From an uncultured Verrucomicrobiae bacterium (GTDB lineage Bacteria; Verrucomicrobiota; Verrucomicrobiia; Chthoniobacterales; JAFAMB01), in NCBI GenBank assembly GCA_963750185.1, contig CAVVPV010000007.1, positions 24,310 to 88,309 on the forward strand: a DNA stretch of 64,000 bases, given 5' to 3'. Of this stretch, positions 42,804-52,037 are shown one piece after another (position 1 is the first letter of the stretch; every line of letters begins with the position of its first letter). Position numbers and translations under genes: made by a program. Under the pieces are notes generated by a model. That model was not told the origin of the DNA and made no database searches. It saw nothing but the letters and a program-made list of their open reading frames with translations.

Positions 42804-43006
42804 GTCAAGATAGAAATCGATCGTTGGCAATCTTTATCCAGGGTGTCCGCGTTCGCCTGTCCTGACTCGTTGCCGCGGAAACTGCGGAGGCTTCTGAAAG
42901 GTCACTCTAAAGTTGCCACTAATGGTCGAGTTAAGGGCTTCAAATGCAGCCACTTTTTGGAACACAAAACAGATCCACGGATCTGCGGGAATGCGGGACC
43001 AATGGG

Positions 43007-43377
43007 TCGCAGCGCCTTATCAAAATGGTGTGCACGCATTGTGATGAGGAGGTGCCGATCCCGAGTGCACAGAAACTTCGAAAAATGAGAATCGATGCTG
43101 ACTGGTTGGGCGGCGCTGAATCATTCAAAGTCGGGCGGGGATGCAGTCACTGCAACGGGACCGGCTTTGAGGGCCGGAAGGCGCTGTACGAAGCGTTGAT
43201 CGTAGACGAAGAAATCGCGCACGAGCTCCACGGCCAGCCAACGCCTGAGCGGTTGCGTCGATTGATGCTCGAGCGAGGAGAGGCGACTTTACTGGAGAAA
43301 GCGGTTCGAGAAGCTGCGCGCGGGACGATCAGCCTGGAGGAAGCAACACAACTGGCGCTCGAACTGGCAGAGTAATG
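43007..43377 (+). pseudogene. Orphan duplicate of the ATPase C-terminal ~122 codons (copy 2 of the direct repeat)
   Basis: Near-identical to 39882-40252; lacks Walker motifs and a credible start. Confidence 0.93.
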
Positions 43378-43440
43378 GCCACAATTCTTTTTTCGGTCAG
43401 TCAGGAAAACACAACGGTCGTTCGCGCTTGAAGGATTAAA

Positions 43441-44295
43441 ATGTTAATCGAAAGTTTGAAGAAACTCTTGGACCTGTGGGTCCAGCAGGGCACACAAGTC
43501 GAGCGGTACTATGGAGGCAGCGACAAAGAGCTGAAAGAAATGCTCGAGATCGCCGGATATCAAGGTCAGGCCGCCTGTGCATCTGTTTGTTATTGGTGGA
43601 TTCGGCGCCATTTGACTTATGGCATTATATCCTCCCCTGAAAAGCCCGCATTCGCGAAGTCGAATTTTGATATCGTCGAGAAATGGATAGTGGCGAAAAA
43701 GCAAACGGCCTATAGCAAAGCTCACCAATCCGTAGACACGCCCTATGAATCCATGATCGATGAGAAGGATGCATTGATCCACTCCTTGGTTTCGAAGGAG
43801 AACTTTAAACCTTGGGGCAGCATTGCTAACTCAGACACTAACATAAGTGCAGTCGTTAAAGCGCTGAAGAATTGCGTTGAGAGCTCTTACAAAAGCGAAG
43901 CTGAGATGCGGAACATTTTGACTTCGGACTTGGACCAGGGACATCCGTGGAAGAACAAATCAATATTCGAAAGCGATTTCAACCAGGCGGCTGATTGTTA
44001 TTTCATACTCTCGGTGAAGACGACGGTTTTCGGTCACTCAATGGCTATCCGCTACGAGGCATGCAATGGGGTCATCCATTTCGTCGATCCTAACCTTGGG
44101 CACTTTAAATTCATTGGGTGGACAGCCTTGGAGCAGAACCTCCAGCACTATTGGATTTGCATTTGGATGCACGAGGTCGACAAGGTACGCTCCTTTCCTC
44201 CCAAATTTCGCTTTTTGCAACACCGCGTGTATCAGTTTCGCCGGGCTCCAAAATATAAAGACATCGCGGATTTTTTCGTCTGGCGCGACATTTAG
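43441..44295 (+). CDS. YopT/AvrPphB-like (C58-like) papain-fold cysteine protease
   Basis: RBS aagga; ACASVCYWWI (Cys), GHSMAI (His), HFVDPNLGHFKF (Asp); no signal peptide. Confidence 0.75.
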   Translation: MLIESLKKLLDLWVQQGTQVERYYGGSDKELKEMLEIAGYQGQAACASVCYWWIRRHLTYGIISSPEKPAFAKSNFDIVEKWIVAKKQTAYSKAHQSVDTPYESMIDEKDALIHSLVSKENFKPWGSIANSDTNISAVVKALKNCVESSYKSEAEMRNILTSDLDQGHPWKNKSIFESDFNQAADCYFILSVKTTVFGHSMAIRYEACNGVIHFVDPNLGHFKFIGWTALEQNLQHYWICIWMHEVDKVRSFPPKFRFLQHRVYQFRRAPKYKDIADFFVWRDI

Positions 44296-44511
44296 CTGAG
44301 CTCGAAGTGTTTTCAAAAGGGTTTCTGTACAGAATGACACCTCGAAAAACTCTTGAGTAACGAACCAATCCTACAGAACATAACGGCAGCCTGTACGCAT
44401 TTTCGAAAAGAGATTAACATTTCTCAGCGGCGCGTGAGAAAATCTCACTGGGCGCATCCGAAAACGCGTCCAACTGGCAAGGCCAAAAATACAAAGGATC
44501 TCTTTGACCAT

Positions 44512-46888
44512 ATGTGCCGCGTAATTCGAATCTTTCTGTTCATCACATTTTGGAGCGTTTTAATCGGTAACAGGGCCGCAGCCCAGCAGACCTCCGCAAC
44601 GACGCCGAAACCGAGCCCGACAATTCCCGTACCCACGCCGATTCCGCTATCCGACATTGCCGGGCAAGCGCAGTCCGCCAGTGAGTCTCTCCGCGGTGTC
44701 GAGACCACCTTGTCAACCAATCAGATAACCGCGTCTGCTGAAATACGTCTCCCTGAGCTGACAAACGAGGTCGACCTGCGAACGACGGAGATGGACAGAC
44801 TTCTGGCGGAAAATCTGCCTTTGGAGTTTCTCCATCGCATGGAGGCCGTTGTGCAGTCGCTTCATGATGAACTTTCGAAGTGGAATCATAATCTGGCGGA
44901 GGACGCCAAAACCCTGGACGGCCACATTGCTGATCTGGACAGGCTGAGCAAGATCTGGAAAGCAACTCTCCAGTTGCCGGAATTATCCAAGACTGCGCCG
45001 GAGATACCAAATCGGGTGCAGAGTCTGATTGATCGCATCGGTCGCGCGCAGCAAGCGGTGGAATCGCTTCGAGCGAGGGATTTGACCCTGCAGGGCCAGG
45101 ACCTGGAGGCGACAGCTCGACTGGAAACAGCCGCTTCAGCGCTCGAACGGGCGGAAGCCACCGCTGTAAAAGAGCTTTTCGTTCAAGACAGCCCGCCTAT
45201 CTGGAACCTTGACACCAAAACCTCGAGAGAGAAAGGCAGCCCATCGCTTGCTTGGCGGGCAAGCGCAAGCGTGTCCGTCAACTATATCAAACGCCAGCCA
45301 ACGGTTTTCCTGCTTCACGCGATCATTATTCTCCTTCTGTTCCTTGTCATGCAGTGGTTGCGGCGCCGAGTCCACAAATGGACCGAGAATGAGCCGAGTT
45401 TGCTGCGTGCGGCCCCAGTCTTTGAAGTGCCGGTCTCAACGGCAATAGCGCTCTCTTTTCTGGTCACCGCACCGCTCTATTCGCTGGCACCTTTTTTTTT
45501 GCGGGCGATCCTTGGGGGAGCACTCCTTATCCCCACCGCGCTGATTCTGCGCCGGTTAATTGACCGGACACTGTTTCCAATTCTCAACGCGCTGCTCGTC
45601 TTTTACTTTGTCGATCAACTGCGAGTGATCGCGACAGCCCTCCCGCTGTCGGGCCGGTTCCTCTTCGGCGCAGAGATGTTAGGTGCAACACTGTTTCTGA
45701 TCTGGCTGATTCGGAGCAAGCATTCATCAGACGGTCGGTGCCAACACAACGAAGCGTTTCGCGCGAGCAATCCAGGTCGCCACACGCATCGGCCTGATCG
45801 TCTTTCCAGTAGCGCTCCTGGCGAACGTTTTTGGGTACGTTAACTTCGCGAATCTCCTGGGAAGCGGTGTTCTCAGAAGCGCTTACGTCGCAGCGGCTCT
45901 TTACGCCGCGCTGCGCATCGTCGAAGGTCTGATCATCATATCGCTGGAGGCGCGCCCGCTTGGCTTGATGCGCGTCGTTCGCCTCAACCGGCCCATGCTT
46001 CAGCGGCGTGTTTGCGGCGTTGCTGAATTCTTGGCCTTCCTGTACTGGCTAAGTTTAACGTTGAACTTTTTGGGGCTGCGAACGCCGTTGATCACGAGTA
46101 CTGAAGCGGCGCTCCAGGCGAACCTGTCGATCGGCGCCCTGAGCATTTCTTTGGGACAGGTATTGGTGTTCATACTCGCGGTTTGGGGTTCTTTCCTGGT
46201 CTCGAGGTTCCTCCGTTTTCTTCTCGAAGGAGACGTCTATCACTATTGGAAGCTCGAGCGAGGCATTCCGCAGGCGATATCAACGATGGTCCACTACGCT
46301 GTCCTGCTCATCGGATTCTTCGTCGCCCTCGGCGCGCTCGGCGTCGATCTTACGAAGGTTACGATTCTGGCAGGAGCATTTACTGTTGGGGTCGGGTTTG
46401 GATTACAGACTGTGATCAATAATTTTGTTTGCGGATTGATTTTGCTTTTTGAGCGCCCGATTAAAGTCGGTGACGTTGTCCAGATAGATGCCGATATCGG
46501 AGAAGTCCGGCGCATCGGAATCCGGGCATGCGTCATTCGCACGCCGGACGGTTCCGATGTCATTGTGCCAAACGGGACGATCATCTCCAATAAGGTGACA
46601 AACTGGACATTATCTGATCGATACCGTGCGGTTGAAATCCCGGTCAACGTGGCTCGCGGCGTGGCTCCGCACCGCGTGATCGAGGTATTGAAAAGTGTCG
46701 CGGCCAATCATCCAAGTTTAGCGAAAGAACCGGCAGCGCAAGCCTATGTTCTCAGCTTTGCCCCTGGCGCTGTGAGCTTTCAACTTCGAGCCTGGACGGA
46801 CCGGTACGAGGACTGGGTTCAAGTGCGGAGTGATCTTTCTGTCGCGGTTGATGAGGCTTTGACCCGCGAGAATATCGCGATTGCGTGA
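44512..46888 (+). CDS. Large MscS/MscK-like mechanosensitive channel, one frameshift near 45730
   Basis: Signal peptide, coiled coil and TMs in ORF 44353; GVGFGLQTVINNFVCGLILLFERPIKVGD, VIVPN in ORF 45965. Confidence 0.88.
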
Positions 46889-46898
46889 AAGAGGAAAC

Positions 46899-48560
46899 AT
46901 GAGCAGCCCAATTTCGCCTGACGCGGTCTTCAATCAGCCGCCGCCGCTCGAAAATTACAACCTTTTCGATAGCGACTGCGCACTCAAGGAAGCTGTTGCG
47001 CGGAACGGCGGCGGTTGGATCGACGCGGATGCACGCAAGTTCGGAGAACTGCTTGGCAAACCGGAGACGATTAATCTCGGCGTGTTGGCGAATCGTTTTC
47101 CGCCGGAATTGCGAACCCATGATCGATTTGGTTATCGGATCGACGAAATAGCGTACCACCCGGCCTACCATGAGCTGCTGAGGATCGGCATCGAAGCACA
47201 AACGCATTCGCTACCGTGGAAAGAGAAGCGACTGGGAGTTCATGTCGCGCGCGCTGCCTTGGTGATGCTGCGACATCAGATCGATGAAGGATCCAGTTGT
47301 CCGCTCACGATGACATTTGCGGCGATCCCGTCGCTCCGTTTGCAACCAAAACTCGCGGGCGAATGGGAACCACGAGCTCTTTCCTCCAGCTACGACCCCC
47401 GATCGGCGCCGGCTCCAACGAAAAATGGCGTCCTTCTCGGGATGGCGATGACCGAGCGGCAGGGAGGCAGCGACGTACGAGCGAACACGACGTTGGCAGA
47501 ACCCGTCAATTGCGGCGGCCCCGGCACCGAATATCTCATCACTGGTCACAAATGGTTTTGCTCAGCGCCTATGTGCGACGCGTTTTTGATTCTCGCTCAA
47601 GCGCCGGCTGGGCTTTCCTGTTTTTTGCTTCCTCGTTGGCGACCGGACGGAACCAGGAACGCTTTTCATCTGCTCCGCCTCAAAGATAAGCTCGGCAACC
47701 GCTCAAATGCGTCCAGTGAGGTGGAATACCGCCGCGCTTCGGCGCTATTGATCGGAGAAGAAGGTCGCGGAATAGGTGCAATTATGGAGATGGTGCGGCA
47801 TACACGACTCGATTGCGCCCTCGGATCGGCCGCGTCGATGCGAAAAGCGGTAGCCGAAGCGACGCACCATGCGGCTCATCGGCACGCATTTGGTCGCCCG
47901 TTAATCGATCAACCATTGATGCGAAACGTTCTGGCCGATTTGTGTCTGGAATCGGAAGCGGCGACGGCCCTGGCGATTCGTGTCGCGCACGCCTTTGATC
48001 GCTCATTGGACGACATAAGCGAACAAAAATTTGCTCGGATCGCTACGGCTATCGCCAAGTACTGGATCACGAAGCGAGCGCCGGCGGTTGTGGCCGAGGC
48101 GTTGGAGTGTTTAGGGGGAAACGGTTATGTCGAAGAATCTCCGCTGCCCCGGCTCTACCGGGATGCTCCGTTGAATTCACTCTGGGAAGGGGCTGGGAAT
48201 GTCCAGTGCTTGGACGTTTTACGGGCGATGCATAAGGATCCAGGCACAGTGGATGCCCTTCGGCAGGAGATCGGCTCAGCAACAGGCTTTAATTCGATTT
48301 TCGATCGTTTTTCCAGGACGCTCATTTCAGACAAACAGATGCAATCCGATGCAGAATTTGGCGCTCGCCGGTTCGTGGAGAAAATGGCGCTCGCTTTGCA
48401 AGCAGCCGCGATAATCCGAAGCGAAAACCAGGGGATTGCGGATATTTTCTGTGCCGCGCGCCTTACCGAGAGTCCAGGGCTCGTCCTTGGTACGTTGCGG
48501 TCGACCGACGGCGTAGCGTTGCTTCTGGAACGCGCCCGACCAAAGGTGCAGCGCGGCTAG
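46899..48560 (+). CDS. aidB: AidB-like acyl-CoA dehydrogenase
   Basis: VFNQPPPL, CPLTMT, MAMTERQGGSDV, GHKWFCSAP, KDKLGNRSNASSEVE, LGGNGYVEE, WEGAGN. Confidence 0.9.
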   Translation: MSSPISPDAVFNQPPPLENYNLFDSDCALKEAVARNGGGWIDADARKFGELLGKPETINLGVLANRFPPELRTHDRFGYRIDEIAYHPAYHELLRIGIEAQTHSLPWKEKRLGVHVARAALVMLRHQIDEGSSCPLTMTFAAIPSLRLQPKLAGEWEPRALSSSYDPRSAPAPTKNGVLLGMAMTERQGGSDVRANTTLAEPVNCGGPGTEYLITGHKWFCSAPMCDAFLILAQAPAGLSCFLLPRWRPDGTRNAFHLLRLKDKLGNRSNASSEVEYRRASALLIGEEGRGIGAIMEMVRHTRLDCALGSAASMRKAVAEATHHAAHRHAFGRPLIDQPLMRNVLADLCLESEAATALAIRVAHAFDRSLDDISEQKFARIATAIAKYWITKRAPAVVAEALECLGGNGYVEESPLPRLYRDAPLNSLWEGAGNVQCLDVLRAMHKDPGTVDALRQEIGSATGFNSIFDRFSRTLISDKQMQSDAEFGARRFVEKMALALQAAAIIRSENQGIADIFCAARLTESPGLVLGTLRSTDGVALLLERARPKVQRG

Positions 48561-48840
48561 ACCGCAAAAATTACCGAGGCAAATTAATTAGCGCTAGGTC
48601 GCTACCTTTGAACCTGCAGCCGCTTTTCCAACGCGCTGTCAGCGCTGGTCGGAATTTCTAACGGATCCCTGGGCCTGCGCTTCGCTTCAGCCCAGGCTTC
48701 GATTCCGGTTGCACCTTCGGCGCTCAAGAACAAGTCGCGCGACCGTCTTATAAACTCGCGACACTGCCGCACCCTTAATCGAATGTTCCCATGGAGAAGA
48801 ACACCCGTAAACAGCAAAAGAGATCTCGCAGATTGTCATG

Positions 48841-49013
48841 GTAGGGTCACGCTCCCGCGTGACCGGAGTGGCGATACCCCGGGCTCCGACTTGATCAACG
48901 TCGCAAGTCGATCTTTCGAGCTACGCGGTTGAATTCTAGCTCGTGTTGTGAACACAGCGAACGCCGATCACTCCCCGCCCCGCCAGGGCGGTCACGCGGG
49001 AGCGTGACCCCTA
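48841..49013. repeat. GTAG-type REP pair (REPIN-like)
   Basis: gtagggtcacgctcccgcgtgaccg (48841-48865) inverted at about 48989-49013. Confidence 0.7.
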
Positions 49014-49196
49014 AGCATATACCTAATGTTTCAGGACAGACCGGGGCGAATGCAGCCAGCAAAGAGGCCGCCGTTACTGAGGCTAACTCGCAAGCTGCGG
49101 CCTATACTGGAACTTACTAATAGCGGTTCATCATTTTGTTAATGCTATGTAGCACATTCGATTCAGCGAAGATTAATTAATACATCGGTCGTACTC

Positions 49197-49530
49197 ATCG
49201 TCCTCTGACTGCGTCTAATAGCGACGGGTTGCGGTTATGAAGAAGACAAGGCTTAGTCGAGGACACCCGCAAAGATCGCAATGGGTTCGTGGACGGAAAA
49301 AGCAGCCTTAGCACTACGTAGTCATTCGTCCGGAAACGACTGTAGCATCCGCGTCCCGCGTGTATTGTACCCTTGGCGCGCTGTGAATTGTCGGTTACGG
49401 CCGATGATTTATCACCAGTCTGCAGTTTGGACATTTTCGAGAGCGTCGTCCCGGAGGGACGAACGACAGTAACCCGGCGATTTATTGCTGGGTTAGCTAT
49501 AGTTCGGACGGCGTCCCAGGGGGACGCTTG
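49197..49530. repeat. Composite intergenic repeat, left copy
   Basis: 49197-49280 recurs directly at 51401-51484; about 49446-49527 recurs inverted at about 51586-51667. Confidence 0.8.
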
Positions 49531-49615
49531 AATACCGCGCCCGAAATCGGATCTACCTACCCGTGACGCCGAAACAGTAACAATCTAGCCATCGAGCCTC
49601 TACACACGCAATGGG

Positions 49616-51382
49616 CAGTCGATCCTGCCTGGACAGAGCGCCTCGTTTACGGTCTCCGCCAGCGGCAACCCAACCAGCTACCAATGGCAACGGATGCCAC
49701 TCGGAAGTTCGACCTGGATCAATCTGAGCGACACCGGCGCCTACAGCGGATCGGCCACACGCAGTTTGACCGTGAACCCTGCGACCTCGGCGATGAGCGG
49801 CGACCAGTTTCAATGCGTCGTTCAATTTGCCTCCGGTGCGGTGAACAGCGCGCCCAATGCCGTGTTCACCGTCGAGACGCCGCTGACGATTGCTACGCTT
49901 GCCGGACAGGCCGGTATCACTGGTAACACTGCTTCCTCGGATGTCGCGTATCCCAGCGGCATTGCTCTCGATAGCTCCGGCAATCTTTACATCGCCGATT
50001 ACCAGAATAACGCGATTCGCGAAGTGACGCCTGCGGGTGTGGTGACAACACCCTATGCTGGGTTTGACACGCCCAATGGCATTGCCGCGGATGGATCGAA
50101 CAATCTCTACGTGGCTGATACAGGTGCCAACCTTATTCAGAAAATAACCGCGTCGACGGGGGCGGTTAGTACATATGCGTTCAACACGCCAGAGGGCATT
50201 GCCGTAGACGGCTTGGGAAATATCTATGTCGCCGATACCGGCAATAATATTATCCGTAAGATCACGTCAGGTGGAACTGTTACAACCCTTGCTGGCAAAG
50301 CGGGAACGGCTGGTTATCTGGATGCAACCGGTACATCGGCGGAATTTAACAACCCGACCTCCGTCGCAGTGGACAGCTCGGGGAATGTTTACGTGGCTGA
50401 CTTCAACAATATAGTCATTCGGAAAATAACACCGGGCGGAACGGTCACCACTTTCGCGGGCCAGGCGGGTATTGCGGGCTATATGGATGGGCCTGCGGCT
50501 CAGGCCCTATTCAATTCACCAAATGGCGTGACTGTCGATGGCTCCGGCAATGTCTACGTCACCGATAGTCTCATCCCTGGCACCACGGTCATCGTTGCGG
50601 GCAATAATCTTTTCCGAAAAATCACGCCCGCCGGCGCGGTGAGTACCCTGGCCGGTCAGGCAGGAGTCTCGGGCAGCTCGAACGGCTTGGGATCTGCCGC
50701 GCAGTTTTACAGCGTTCAGGCCTCCGCGATTAGCAGCTGGGGAGAATTTTATCTGGCGGATACGTACAATCAGCTGATTCGGGCGGGTGGCATCCTCCCG
50801 GTTATCGTCGCGCCTCCTCTAGGCCAGGTGATCACGGTCGGAGGACCGGTTACCTTTTCTGCGACCGCTTCCGGTACGGGTCCATTCACGTATCAGTGGC
50901 TGAAGAATAACGCGGCTATTTCCGGTGCGACCGGTTCCACTTACTCGATTGCCAGTGTCGCAGCCGGTGACGCCGGCGACTATGCGGTAACGGTCACCAA
51001 CTCGTTTGGCAATGCCACCTCGGGCGCCGCCACGCTGATCCCGGTCACTTCGCAGCCTGTGGCCGAGAACGTCAACATCGGCCAGACGGTCACCTTCTCC
51101 ATCACTGTGGTGGGACCCGGCCCCTTAACCTATCAATGGCTATTTAACGGTGTGGCGATCAGCGGCGCCACCGGTTCTTCCTATACGATCCAGAACGCGT
51201 CTTCCGCTAATGCGGGCAACTATTCGGTCGTGGTCGGCGACGCGAATGGAATTGTCACGACAAACCCGGTCAGTCTGAGCTTCATGGCATCGGATACCCC
51301 GACAATGCCGCAGTGGGGACTGATCGTGATGGCTCTCCTGCTTATTTGGGCTGCGACGCGGCAAAGAGCACGGCAAAGCTAG
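49616..51382 (+). pseudogene. 5'-truncated paralogue: Ig-like + NHL repeats + 2 Ig-like + IPTL-CTERM-type sorting signal
   Basis: Homologous to 53791-55584 from cagtcgatc onward; frame intact but no signal peptide or upstream start; ends TPTMPQWGLIVMALLLIWAATRQR. Confidence 0.75.
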
Positions 51383-51400
51383 CGTAGGAATCGTAGCCAG

Positions 51401-51670
51401 ATCGTCCCCTGACTGCGTCTAATAGCGACGGGTTGCGGTTCTGAAGAAGACAAGGCTTGGTGGAGCACACCCGCAAAGATCGCATGTAGCATACGCGTCC
51501 CGCGTGTATTGCTCCTGCGTCTGCCTCAAACGCCAAACAATACGATTTTATCTTCGGGTTAATAGGTCCTGTGCCCAGCTTTCAACCGTACCTCCAGGAC
51601 GCGGAGCAAACTCAATCTAACCCGGCAATAAATCGCCGGGCTAATCTCGTTCGTCCCTCGGGGACGTATC
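51401..51670. repeat. Composite intergenic repeat, right copy
   Basis: Counterpart of 49197-49530. Confidence 0.8.
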
Positions 51671-52037
51671 TTCAACAGGGTGTTTCACCAGAATAGAACG
51701 TTACATCCGACGCTCCGGAGTTCCCTCTCCAGCTTCGTCGACACGCGTCGCTAGCAGGCTTCGAATTGCTTTGTTAGTGCAACGCAATGGGCTAAAGAAT
51801 AATAGGGTTTCAGCGAAGGTTACGTTTTTTTTACAAAGCGATTGGTTACCCGAATTGACTGCACGGACCCTGATTTGCTACTAACGAGCCTGAATCTAGG
51901 CGAGAGCTCGTCCGAAATTTGTTTGCTCTGCGCATCTATTAAAAATATATCGCGCACTGCAGAGCATCTAACGGGATTGCCCACGTAAAACGTTTCCGTC
52001 GAAAGCGAACAGCAAATGCTCGAAATTGAAATTTCCG

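Noticed and set aside
42944..43375. 143-aa ORF as an independent zinc-finger gene
   Set aside because: It is the duplicated ATPase tail with a fortuitous upstream ATG
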